From contig NIVC01000143.1 in the NCBI GenBank assembly GCA_002269645.1, forward strand, positions 434,001 through 498,000: a DNA stretch of 64,000 nt, in the 5' to 3' direction. Positions 23,545-36,254 of this stretch are shown here, one piece after another; position 1 is the stretch's first letter, and each line of letters begins with the position of its first letter. The translations under genes were made by a program, and so were the position numbers. The notes beneath the pieces are model-generated. The model saw only the letters and a program-made list of their open reading frames with translations. It was not told the DNA's origin and did not search any database. Source of the stretch: Macrostomum lignano (taxonomy: Eukaryota).

Positions 23545-24290
23545 ATCTTCCTGGTGTCATCGCCTGATTTGATTAATTTGGCGTACGAGTACAAGCATGT
23601 GGTTTCTCTGTGTTGATGCAAATATCGAGTGCATGTTGCCTTTTTTCTGGGTGGATCTTCCCATACGGCACTGTTTAGAAAAGTTGCTTTTTTACCGCTC
23701 TTTCTGCATCTTTCCTCATGCTGGAAGTTTATCCTGCGAAATTCGTGTTCCTTGACGTAAAACTTACACATACGACCTCATGATGAGTTTACAGGGAGGC
23801 TTGACTGGTAGCGCTAATGAGAAAAACATAGTTGTCGCTTTCTCCCGTTTGTAGATAGCCCCATCAATGCAGATATCCATACGTTCTCTCCCTTCATAAC
23901 CGTGTAGTTCTTTCGTGAGCTCTCCATTGATTCGCAGATAGTCTTTGATTTCTCTAATGTTGGCTTACTACCCTCTTGCAGTTTTCTATGGTTCCAGGAT
24001 CCTGAAGTCCCATGACCATCCGGTCTCTCAGCTGGTAATCAATATAGCTTTTGCAAAATCGTTCGAAATTACACCTGGATAAGATTTCTTTTATCGCTAC
24101 ATACCAGTCTGATGCTTTCGCCATCAGCTTGATTGCGTAGAAAAAACGCTGTCTTTCGAATATTTCATTTGTCTGTCCATTAATGAAGCCTTCAAAAGCT
24201 TTAATGATCTCCTTGGCGTTGTCCTTGCCAGCAAGCAATGATGCGGAAAGCTATCCACTATCTTGAGCGTCTCCATGCTCAGGCAAACAG
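23545..24290 (-). mobile_element. Degenerate Ty3/gypsy gag fragment (copy 2, duplicate of ~7310-7770)
   Basis: NEIFERQRFF...CNFERFCKSYIDYQLRDRMVMGLQDP (gag) and CKFYVKEHEFRR. Nucleotide alignment to copy 1 is evident. Confidence 0.75.
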
Positions 24291-24792
24291 TTGAGCAAAC
24301 AGAGACTTAGCCTTCTCACTTAAGAGAGTAAAGCCTATATATATTCGGTATATTCTTGGGTATACCATGGAAATTCTTGATATGCAATATACAATAAAAC
24401 GAAAGTTTTAAATCAAGTCCGTAGCAGAGAATTGTTCGTACTGATACGAACATTAATAAGTACTCTGAGAGCACACTCTGTGTACAGGTCACGAAATAGA
24501 CTGAATCACAAAACACGTGCGTTTAAATTACAAGAATAACTAACTTTAACGCGTCTACAATCCCAACACACGTCTACATCTTTTACATGTATTGCTATAT
24601 TGACGGACGTCAATGCCAAATTTAGCTACATTTAGTGCAAGCCAGATAATACGTTTTTACGTGGTATGCTTTTCCTTATTAATATTTTTTCCTTTATGAA
24701 ATACCCAGCTAAGCAGCGTAGTACACCTCTTCCGTTCAATTTCAACATGAAGGTACGAGAGCAGAGGCAGAAGCGGCTTTATGAGTTGATTG

Positions 24793-24951
24793 TCATAATC
24801 CCGTGACCTCTCCGTTCTCATACACATCCAGAAGGCGGGCTCTGTCTCTGTCAGACACTCGTCCGTATGGACCCCAGGGTTCATCCTTATCATCTTCGTC
24901 ACCGATTTCTTCTTCTTCATCTCCTGCATCTTTTGACATCTTGTCGCCCAT
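24793..24951 (-). mobile_element. Possible Tc1/IS630-like transposase N-terminal relic
   Basis: 52-aa frame ending YGRVSDRDRARLLDVYENGE, resembling the first HTH helix of such transposases. Lies in DNA unique to duplicate 2. Confidence 0.3.
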
Positions 24952-26770
24952 TCTATTTGTAATATCTTTTCAAAAATGAATTCGGTGTATGCTCTCATAC
25001 ATAAAACTTCTGTCTTCTGGAAGCGAACTTCATGGGGGGCACTCCGTTTAAAGAGGAATATATAGAGAGCCTCAGACAGTTATACAGCATTTGTTGTTAG
25101 CTTGAGAGGGGGCTGCTGAAGATTGATACAGTGTTTTACAGTACACTAAAAACAGCGCACCAAAAATGTTGTGTTGGAATTGAATGCAGCATGCCGAAAT
25201 TGAATAGGAAATCTACATGTAGGAGCAAGTTGTGTCCATAGACAGAATGAACGCCCTTACTATGGCATGAAATAGAATATCCAATTGCCGATATTGAATG
25301 CCGCTTGCCGAATTCGAATGACGGTTGAAATACATGTAGCTAAATATGGAAGAATGAATTGAATGTCAGCATTCTGAAATAGAAAGCAAGTGTCGTTGAA
25401 ATTGAACGGAAAAGGTACAATGATACCGTTGCTAATATATAATTTTCAACAGAATTAGACTAAGTAAATTCTACGAATACTTAAAAGTAGGTTGCCACAT
25501 GCCCAAATAAACCAATAAAAACAGCTTGAATTTTTGAAAAGTCGATAAAAATGATTATGGCTGTTATATTTAGAGAAATAACTAAACAGCTCTATCTATA
25601 AACTTTTTTAGCTGCTGCGAAAACTTTTAAAACATTAAAAATTGTGAAAATGTCAAAAATGTCAAAAAATGTTAAGCTGCAAAGCAGTACCAGCTGTTTT
25701 AGCAGGTTATAAAGTGTTTACAATTCTCAGGTTTCGCAACTAAGATATGGCTGAAGATATTTAATGTTTTCTTGAGGATCTTAAGGATAAATTATTAAGG
25801 ATCGTTAAGGGCGCCATTAAATATGCCCAAACTTCGTGTGATCACAGGGCGTATACACTCAGCAACACTGAAAAGCTTCCACGTCTATGCCAGGAACCAT
25901 TCGGGCCTACGGAGCATTCGCGCAAGGGTGGACGCTTTTCAATATTGTTCAGTGCATATAAACTTTCTTTTGTAGATCGGTCGTGTGGTTTGACAGCAGT
26001 GAAAATCAGCCTTCGCTAACTGATTGTTGCCGATAAATTGGTAGATAATTTTTATTTTTAAACCGTTTCCGGTTCTGTACGTAAGGTTATTCTGATTATG
26101 GAGTACGGTAGATATATTCATGAAACCTCACAATATCAGATATACTATAATCGCAACTGAAAATATTGTGTAAGATTTTTGAAACCACAGCAAACTTATT
26201 GTTTTCTACGAGTACATGTATATAGCTGTTCTAAGAATCGTTATACGCATCATGTTCATTGGTACTAAAGGTTAGCTCTGAGAAAATATAATTATAATAT
26301 AAATACGAGTTATCTCGAGCGAGTTCAAAAATTTTAAAGATAAAATGTCTTTGGCAGCTCTTTTTGTAGTTTTAGGAAAATGTTTTAAAGAATAAAAAAC
26401 TTTCTTAAGAATGAGTAACACTGCCGAAGCTGCTGCGATAGAAAGCAAAAAAATCAATTCCGAAATAAAAAAGGAATCCTACGATGTGGTTTTGGGCTTT
26501 TGATTACGCACTTAGCTAGAATGTTGTGGTGTACAATTCTAATTTTGAAGACACTCGCCACCTGTTTTGAATCAAAGTTAGCATGCCAATTATTGTATTC
26601 TCATGAAATTTGTGAACCAAGTACATTTTGCTGTACTACCACTAATGTTTTAATATACTACTTACCTACTGCAAAAACTGTCTTTAAAATATTCGCGGTG
26701 TTGTGGAAAAATGTTTTAGAAATCGATAGTTACTGACTTTTTTTCATAAATTACTCCACCATCGTCAGTT

Positions 26771-26783
26771 TCATGTCGATTTT

Positions 26784-26828
<45 letters not shown>

Positions 26829-29800
26829 GGCTTAGAAAGATTCAGAAGCTGGTCCAGCTTGGATTCAAGCTTGGATTGAATGCTTATAATTTGCTGCTCC
26901 TGTCTGTTAAATCTATCTTCATTTCTTTGTTCTTGTTTAATGGTTGCACCCTCCAGCATCTGCTCAAATTCCGCTTTTAACTCTGACAGTTCTCTGCCCG
27001 TGCGCGCCTTCACCACCTCGAAGTCGTTTCTGTTCCACTCGGTGTCGAGCAGCAGGCGGGACCGGCACCGGCGGAACTGTGTCGCTTGGAACTTCAGGAA
27101 CCGGTTGTACTCTTCAGGGTAGTCCTCCTTGTCTCTCCGCCACCATTTGTATGTTTTCTAAAATACAAAAAGCAAAACTTTCTCAGTAGTATTTGTAACA
27201 GATACACGTGTAACAGATCATGTGTAGCCCTAGGTATATTCATTACTAAGGGCAGCTAAAATCGATTTTTATGTTCCATAATCCGCTTTCAGTTTGACCC
27301 CATTTTATAATATAAACCTCAATACAAAATAAATGACCGACAGCAAAAATGTTAAAAAGTCACTTACGTTCTTTTTGTCAGCAGTGACTGTATCAGTGAC
27401 TGCATTCTTCGTGGAAAACTTTTTAGAACATGGCCTGACTATGAACAGACTAAATTTTACAATGTACTCCAGAAAACTCAATGGCGGTGGAAGTACAGTC
27501 AACTGCTGATACTCGTCCAACATCTGGACGAACCGCTTTCTCCAGACCCCGATCGCCACGCCATAAATCTGTGTGACTCGCAAATTGAACAGTGCAATCA
27601 GCAAGTTCATCATCACAACATTCACCAGGCCCATGAATAAGAATACTACGAAGTAGTTAAACCATTCATATCCTTGCTTGATGGCGACTTTTCCTAGCTC
27701 TGTGCTGTCTGGAGAGTAGGTCAACCCGATCTGATCAAAGTTGCCGAACAGCAAGTTGAAAGGTATCGTGGCAGCTTGAATAAACGTTTCCCATCCGTTG
27801 CTTAGAGTAGCGATTTCTTCTGTTGGAGTCCAAGCGTTAGAAAACAGCAAGCATACAATGAATACTCCAAAACAGCAGAAAATCACAAACAAGACCACCA
27901 GGAAAGGCAGCAAATCGTAAACAATTAGATTCCAAAGCATACTAATCATTGGCCCAATGGTTTCGAAGTACGTCAGAAACGTGACGGATCGAAAGCAGAA
28001 CAGTGAGTACGACACGCACAGGACAACTTGACTGGGATAAGCATCCTGCAGCTGAAAGCCCATCCCATAATATAACCATCTTGCAATAAGGCCGGCCAGT
28101 AGAAACAGAATCGCCAGAACATCGAAAATGTTTAGCCCATCGACAAGATAGGCGGGAACAGATCGTACATGAGAACCGATCTTGCAGTTCTCTCTAGCTT
28201 TTCGTTGTCTCCAGATTTCACTCAGTTCTTGCAAGCCAAAGGAAAAAAGATAGGCGACAAGGAGAATGTCCCACTTTGGTTCTAAGAAGCTTTCCTCGAA
28301 ATTAATAACGTACCAACCAAAGAATATGAGGAACCCTACGAATGCGACAAAGTGGGTCCAAAACCTTGCCAGTGGAGAATCCGGTCTCGAAATTTTTGGC
28401 CTGCAGCTGCAAGCGCTGGGGCAGCAGTCGTACGGAAGACAGCAGTTTCCATAAAAACCTCGCTTTGAGCACTCTGAAATGGGCTGCCTCCACTCCTCTT
28501 TGGTGACTGAATAGATGCAGTCGGTGGCAAACAGATCAGAGTTGTCAGCTTTTTCCACCAGCTCAAGCACGCTTCCGTATTGAATTTTCTCTGGATTCCC
28601 GTCTTTAAAGACTCGGTACGGAAACTTCGGTCCCAAACAGTTGCGATTTTCCTTTTTTTCTGCTGCTTCGTCATCTAAACTCAAATGCTTCATTTCACCT
28701 TTAATGTACTTGAACAGCAGCTCGAACTCGATTATGTCAGCATTAACAAATAGCTCATTGAGTGCGTTCACTGCAATGTTCGTGATCTTGCTTTTTAGTT
28801 GAAGCAGCTGCTCATGCTTTCCCTTTGCCTTGGCTCTCATCTTGATGATCTCGGGGTCCAGCTGGATGAGCAAGCTGAGGCAGCACGGAATCAGCTCGAA
28901 CTGTCGAGTCAGAATCAGGTCAGGCAGGATCTCATCACGATGAAAGAATGTGGCCAAGTCTAGAAGCGCCAACTCAGAAGTGGAATCCACATGAGTCAGG
29001 TGCTTGAACGTGTTCAGTCTGATAAAATCTCTCTGAATTTCTTCATCATTCGTTACTGTGTCGATGAAATACTGAGTAAATTGCCTCTCGGTTTCTCTCG
29101 TAATGATGTTCAGGCTGAGTGCCGCACGAAACAGCTTTCTGGAGTTCATTTCCAGCGCTTTGATCAGAACTATCTTGTCTGTTTGTTGCTTTCCTGTACT
29201 ATCTGTCTGCTGTCTGTTGTCTGTTTCTTGCTTCTTTGTACTATCTGTCTGCTGTCTGTTGTCTGTTTCTTGCTTCTTTGTACTATCTGTCTGCTGTCTG
29301 TTGTCTGTTTCTTGCTTCTTTGTACTATCTGTCTGCTGCCTGTTCTCTGTTCTCTGTGCGTCTCTATCATTTGTTATGGACACCAGGGTCATTCTCGCTG
29401 CTGACCTCGTGGGAAGTTTAAGCGCTCTTTTCGGCGGATCTAGAAGGCGCCATATGTCGGTCATTTTGATTTTTTGAGAGGTATCAGAGCTTGAAATCTG
29501 GTTATTTTTGTAATTCCGGACAACTTCAAGGAGGTTGTATAAGTTTCCGCTTTCAAAGGCGTAATCAACGCATGTCTGCCCTGAATGCGATTCGCTCCAA
29601 AGACTCAATCCTTTTTCAAGCAGGAAAATTATATTTTCCTGATGTCCGTAAGCGCAAGCAAAGTGCAAGCAGGTCTCTCCGTGCTGCGAGTTTTCGCAAG
29701 ATTGTAGCTTGACTTTTTTTTTAAGCAAGCTATCTTGAGAATCTTTTGGTGCAAATTTTTCAATAAGGGCCAACATTGACGGCTTTTTATATTCTGCTTC

Positions 29801-31504
29801 GAGTAGATTGTACTGACCTGAAAATGTGTGAATTATGTGAGCGCCAGTCGTTGAATTGACCAAAAGTTTATCGAAGTGACTCTTGGCAGTTATGTCCGAA
29901 TGAACTTTATCCAGCAGCTTGCGGAGCACCAGAGCATCCAGTTTTGTTGCGTGCAGGCAGTTCAGACTGAGATTGTTGGTGGCTTCCACATCTACTCCCT
30001 TCTCGACGAGTAGCTTGAATCGAATCAAAAGGTGCTGCTCGAAACCAGCATATGTTAATTTGCTCTGCATCAGCGAATGTAGCAAAGTGTTTCCTCCTAT
30101 GTCGGTGCGGCAGAGCTCATCCGTTTTATCCGTTTTTATCTTTTCGATAATGTTCTTAATGTTCAGTTCCTCAAAATTGTCCATCACGTCAATTGCCAGG
30201 TGAAGCACAGATTGATTTTTGTTATTTCGTCTGCTTAAAGCTTTTTTCATCTCATCTTTAACAAGTGAAGGCATATTCTTCAATAATTCTCTTTTATCTG
30301 CTCTTTGTGCAGCAATGTGGAAGATTGTGTTGCCCGCTCTGTCGGCAGTCTGAAGGCTTTGACCTTTCACCTTGGTAAGCAGCTCTCCGACAGCTTCCAA
30401 ACTGCAATTTTCAACGGCGTAATGAAGAACTGTGGACTTGTGCTTGTTCTCATCCATGAGAAAGTCGATTTCAGTCGGCGGACTCTGACTCTGAGATGGG
30501 TCAGCAGTGAGATTTTTGTCGAGCTGAATTTGTTTAATGGCGGCTTCAAGAGCTTTCAGAAGCACTGCATCTCTTTTTGGACGCTGAGCCACCGCATGCA
30601 GACATGTGTTGCCCTGCTTGTCTTTCAATTTATACCAATTTGGCAGCGATTTTTCTAATAAGAGTTCAATAAGTTCGGTTGCTACCTTCTCGTTGTTGTG
30701 CCGAAGGGCCAAGTGTAGAACCGTTTCTCCCAGCTTGTTTGTAGAATTCATCCGTAGAACTTCGCTCTTTGATGAATTTGTCATCTGCGCCACAAATTGA
30801 ATGGCATCGATTTCGTTTTTAGCAGCAAAATGAGCCGTGGTATTGCCGTCGATATCTTTTCCGCCAAGAATGTCCTTTGAATTGCCTATTTCAGTCATAA
30901 TCTCTTTAATATCATCTTCGGTGCAATACTGAAGTACATGGTGCAACACTGTTGCATTTCTATTGTTCTTCCATTTCAAGCAAGCTGTAGAAGCTATGTT
31001 CATCACTTTAAGCACCATTTGGCCGTCTTTAGAATTTTGAGCAGCCCAGTGAGCGCAAGTGTCGCCGTTAGCGTCTTTCAACCTAAATAGGTTGACGTTT
31101 TTCACAGCTTTGAAGGTCTGTTCCCAAGACTGAGCTGAGTGATAGCGCGCTGACAGATGCAACGGAGTGATTTCGTCAAGGTCAGGACTGGTGAGGCAGT
31201 CTGGTCCGAATCTCTCGATCTCGATAAGTTTAGCGAGTGCAGCTTCTCCCTCCTTCTTCGACTCCATGGCTGCATAATGAGCGGCTGTTCTGCGATTTTC
31301 GTCACGAAACAGCTGCAACTTCGATTGCCCTGTACTTTCTTCTTTTAAAATTGTATCTACTTCTTTGAATTTAGATTGATTTGCACATAGATACAGCCTC
31401 TTGCTTGGATCTTCAGCCTGATCTATTTTCCAAACACTGATGGTCCTTTGTAAAATAATTACTTTTTTAGCGGCGTCACTTAATCTCATAGGATTATTCG
31501 CCAT
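26771..31504 (-). CDS. Ankyrin-repeat TRP cation channel, paralog 2 (~1,507 aa)
   Basis: Exons 31504-27368 (gtaagt donor, phase 0) and 27157-26771. Same architecture and intron position as paralog 1, plus an internal 14-aa tandem repeat and C-terminal Q13. Confidence 0.9.
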
Positions 31505-31818
31505 CGAAAGCGGCTATTGATGCTGCTGATTGACAGGTAAGAATCTGCAATTAAATTTAAAAACTGGTGAACAGTATTTATCTTACGAGTATTACGCAAA
31601 ATTACATAGCTCGTAAATAAATTGTATCCGTAAACAAAATGTCTTTTTTACTGTTTCTAGAAATTCGGTAGACACTCTCCCACCATGTTTTCTGTTACAG
31701 CCTAGCCATTAATGACCTTCAAAACTCACTATTTAGGCATAGGAATAGCAACCCATTTTTCTGCCACTTGAACTACTAGAGGTGGGTGAGTCCCTCCCCT
31801 GGCAGTTTTATTTGTTGC

Positions 31819-32225
31819 GCCGGAACGAAGCAACGCAGACATGAAATCCAAGTACACGGGCTAAACTTTTTGTTGCGCATTTTCTCAAAAAAGAAACACC
31901 AAACAACTGGACCATCAAGATATTCAACGATTCTGCCTGATTTTTCCCATAAGACTCCGTGTACTCAGTACACCTGTGCACCAATCCGCACTGCGCCTCA
32001 GTGCAGTCTTGCCAAGCCTCCAAATTTCATCAGCTTGTCAACTACATGTGCTTGTATCAGCTCTGACAATAGCTGGCTTCAGGTGGCTAAGGACACCCTG
32101 AAGGACTTGATTCTTGTTTGAGAAGGTGCTCCTCAACAGAAATTTGGTCAGTGTTCTTGAATTTGACGAATCTGGCGAATCTTGAACTTGAATTGCTCCA
32201 TTCCGGCGTGGCAAAAATCAGGGTT
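31819..32225. repeat. Inverted repeat pair homologous to 14431-15862, with a shorter spacer
   Basis: The reverse complement of 32103-32165 contains aaattcaagaacac and caccttctcaaacaagaatcaagtc, as in 14455-14510. Confidence 0.65.
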
Positions 32226-32639
32226 TTTTGGTTTTTGCAGAGGCATGAAGGGTAATCTCTATCTTCCCTTTGGAAGACAAGCCCCTCTGGTCTCTTTTCA
32301 TTGCTAGAGAAACTGCTCCGTTGGGAAATACACATCTTCCTTAACTAAGAAACTCGGTGCGTGTGTCTTATTGTCGATAAGAGTGCAGTTTATTTCATAC
32401 AAAACTGCGGATAATAAAAAAAAATTGATTTTTTTGCAAAATGGAAGCAGTAAAACTCTTCAAAGCAATCTTTGAAATAAAAACAAAAGGACGTATCAGT
32501 AGCTATAGTCATCTGCGTCGAAAAATTTTACGTGTTGGATCTAGCTAAACGAATTTCCTTTAGCTGAGTAAGACGCGAATAACTCTGCATTGCTTCAGTT
32601 CACCGGGCTGTAAAATGGGTGCCAGCATTGGCTTGCAAT

Positions 32640-32905
32640 CAGGGGTTGCTTGCGGTCTGGGGGATGCTTGCGATCTGGGGCATGCTTGCTATTTGGGGGA
32701 TGCTTGCTATCTGGGGGATGCTTGCTATCTGGGGGATGCTTGCTATCTGGGGGATGCTTACTATCTGGGGTCTGGTGGAATGCTTGCTATCTGGGGGATG
32801 CTTGCTATCTGGGGTTGCTTGCTATCGGGGGATGCTTGCTATCGGGGGATGCTTGCTATCTGGGGGATGCTTGCAGTCTGGGGGATGCTTGCTATTTGGG
32901 GATGT
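32640..32905. repeat. ~19-20-nt minisatellite (atgcttgctatctggggg)
   Basis: Tandem units, present only in duplicate 2. Confidence 0.93.
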
Positions 32906-33105
32906 TTTGTTTTTAGAGGGAATGTCTGTTGTTTTTTATGAAGGCTTTATTTCGCTGTCTATTTGTTATTTGTAAAGAACAAGGATTCTATCTAGATGTC
33001 CCCCATCGGGGGGCGAAGATTGCTAGTTACTAGCTAAAACACAGTAGGAATTTTACTGCCTTTCATAGGTAAACGGGAAATTTATTGCTGTATTGATCGA
33101 CTCAC

Positions 33106-33142
33106 CTTTGCCGGCTCAGCAGGCTTCAAAGCCAGACGAAAA
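33106..33142 (-). other. Putative 37-nt non-coding 5'UTR exon of TRP paralog 2
   Basis: gctcag|37 nt|gtgag; homologous to 16995-17031. Confidence 0.55.
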
Positions 33143-34749
33143 CTGAGCTTATTGTAGCTATAGTAACCAGTTCAGGCGTTGAATCTTTCTAAAAAATGAA
33201 TTATTGTTTTTCTAAATTGTAGCTACTGAAATGGATAATATTATCATGATCGAAACTTGTTAATAATTACAAGAGCTTCGTAGATTTCAATAAAAAATCT
33301 AACATTTTATATTGTATGTAGGTACTCGTAGTTAAAATTACAAGTTCGCTATAGTGACTACTAACAACTAAGCTATCTGAAGCCTAGCGTAATTTTTATT
33401 AATTTTTACTTGGTACTCTACTATTAGTAGCAATATATAAGAATAATGTGATAAAAATATCATAAATAAAAATAATGCTTAATGCATAGATAATTACAGT
33501 ATTATTAGTATTTTATTCCTAATTAATCAATAACTACACTAATAGTAAGCATAAAGGCATGTACATTTCTAGCAAAAAGACAACAACGGCAGTTGAAAGT
33601 AGACATTTACGAGTAAGTGTGATTCGTCGTAGTTTCAATCACAAAGACCAATAAATTTACAGTTACATGTAATATCAGGACGTACATTTGTAACATTCGC
33701 GTTATCTACAAAAAAATCGAGGGCCCAAGTTTGCTTAAAATTCAATCTGTAGAATGGGTCTGCACTTCGCAAAAAAGTCTGATACGTAATACAGTGTACT
33801 TCAGTTTTTAGCTAAAATTCGGGCCTTTAAATATACTGTACTTGCACAGGTACCTACAAGGGGACCCGTTTCTACAATATAGAATTAATATTAACAAGTT
33901 TGTTACTCACTGAAAAAACGTTGATTTCAGAAGTTCCCTTTGGAGTGTCTAGCGTGCAAAAAAATGAGCGTATATATAGCTACTGGCAGCTTAACTTGCA
34001 CCTGGCTGTAGGTTTTTATTTATTCACCAAAGCGAAACTTCGGTAGTAAATATAAGTTTGAAATTGCCAGGCAGAGTTGAGTTGAATTAACTGGGGCATG
34101 GCAATTAGCTACTTATCTATAGTTTGTTTAGTTGGGCTGGCACAATACCCACACTGCACAACCGGCCCCATCACTACTTCTTCGCGTCTAAAAAGCATTC
34201 TAACTATATTCACTTCGACTGTATTTCTATATATGAATGAGGTTTATACGTCTAGTTTCGAGGGACCCTCTCATCTCTATAGCTGCTGTCTCTATGCAAG
34301 TTCCGTTTCTTTCTTTCCGAAAAGAAGTTTTTGGCTGTCATCGCGGCTAAAGACGGCCCACTCGTAAATTGTTTGACAGAGTAGACCCCGGCGGGAAAAC
34401 GTGAAAAATGAAGCTACTATGCTATAATGCGTGAAATGTGTTTTCAAGCTATAAATTGTCGGTCTACAATAGCTGACAGGTTCTGCATTGAGGCTGTCTA
34501 CGGTACCTAATAAGAGTAAGAACGGAGAATAAGAGGCCGGAGAAGTCTAGCGGTAGACGCGCTATACAAATTCATTTTGAGTTTTGGTAGGTAGCATCGT
34601 TGTGGGCACACAATTCATTCTCTTAGCTTTACCAATGGATGTTTCTTTTTTTCTATATAATTTTATGAAGCAGCAACTGCTATAGATATTAGCGCCTAAT
34701 GCAAAGTATAGTAGCAATTAATAACGTTTTTCAAGACAGCACCTATAGC

Positions 34750-35616
34750 ACAGAGAGGAGAGAAGGGAGTGGAAAGGAGAGAGGAGAGAAGGGAGAGGAA
34801 AGGAGAGAGGAGAGAAGGGAGAAGAAAGGAGAGAGGAGAGAAGGGAGAGGAAAGGAGAGAGGAGAGAAGGGAGAGGAAAGGAGAGAGGAGAGAAGGGAGA
34901 GGAAAGGAGAGAGGAGAGAAGGGAGTGGAAAGGAGAGAGGAGAGAAGGGAGAGGAAAGGAGAGAGGAGAGAAGGGAGAGGAAAGGAGAGAGGAGAGAAGG
35001 GAGAGGAAAGGAGAGAGGAGAGAAGGGAGAGGAAAGGAGAGAGGAGAGAAGGGAGAAGAAAGGAGAGAGGAGAGAAGGGAGAGGAAAGGAGAGAGGAGAG
35101 AAGGGAGAGGAAAGGAGAGAGGAGAGAAGGGAGAGGAAAGGAGAGAGGAGAGAAGGGAGTGGAAAGGAGAGAGGAGAGAAGGGAGAGGAAAGGAGAGAGG
35201 AGAGAAGGGAGAGGAAAGGAGAGAGGAGAGAAGGGAGAGGAAAGGAGAGAGGAGAGAAGGGAGAGGAAAGGAGAGAGGAGAGAAGGGAGTGGAAAGGAGA
35301 GAGGAGAGAAGGGAGAGGAAAGGAGAGAGGAGAGAAGGGAGAGGAAAGGAGAGAGGAGAGAAGGGAGAGGAAAGGAGAGAGGAGAGAAGGGAGAGGAAAG
35401 GAGAGAGGAGAGAAGGGAGAGGAAAGGAGAGAGAAGAGAAGGGAGGGGAAAGGAGAGAGGAGAGAAGGGAGAGGAAAGGAGAGAGAAGAGAAGGGAGGGG
35501 AAAGGAGAGAGGAGAGAAGGGAGAGGAAAGGAGAGAGGAGAGAAGGGAGAGGAAAGGAGAGAGGAGAGAAGGGAGTGGAAAGGAGAGAGGAGAGAAGGGA
35601 GAGGAAAGGAGAGAGG
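34750..35616. repeat. 26-nt polypurine minisatellite (ggagagaggagagaagggagaggaaa)
   Basis: About 33 units, almost entirely A/G on the + strand. Confidence 0.97.
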
Positions 35617-35834
35617 GAACAAGCCTGAGCGGGCGGGATTGCTTTTGTGAAATTTTCAAGGACCCGAGGCCTGAATAAAGGCTTTGTGGGCATGCAGTTT
35701 GCTGACCCGTGACCAATAGTTTTCTAGTTTAAATATACATGTATATTTAACATATAGGCAATAAATATCAATGAATGGTAGCGTATTATTCTAGATCTAT
35801 ATGTGCACTGCAATATTATTTACATGCATCTACC

Positions 35835-36110
35835 CATTTGCCTCCCCCCCCCCTCGATGCAATGTATCCGCCCCCAAATCCCCCATCGATATAATGTATC
35901 CGGCCCCAATCCTCCCCCTCGATGCAATGTATCCGCCCCCAATCCTCCCCCTCGATGCAATGTATCCGCCCCCCAATCCTCCCCCTCGATGCAATGTATC
36001 CGCCCCAATCCTCCCCCTCGATGCAATGTATCCGCCCCCAATCCTCCCCCTCGATGCAATGTATCCGCCCCCCAATCCTCCCCTCGATGCAATGTATCCG
36101 CCCCCAATCC
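35835..36110. repeat. ~32-nt minisatellite (cctcgatgcaatgtatccgccccaatcctccc)
   Basis: Tandem units; a degenerate 2-3-copy homologue is at ~19190-19290. Confidence 0.93.
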
Positions 36111-36254
36111 AAAAGTACAAGCAATGTACTTTTGATAACCTCGACGCGTCCTAACCGTACGTCTGTCACTATCAAAATCAACTACGTAATTATTTAATGG
36201 TCACTCTTCAAATCCCTAACCACAGTGACACATCCCTTCTCAGAGTGAGGCATC

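Noticed and set aside
24657-24998. 113-aa ORF as a real gene
   Set aside because: No recognisable domain or splice context; a shifted frame looks more like a transposon relic.
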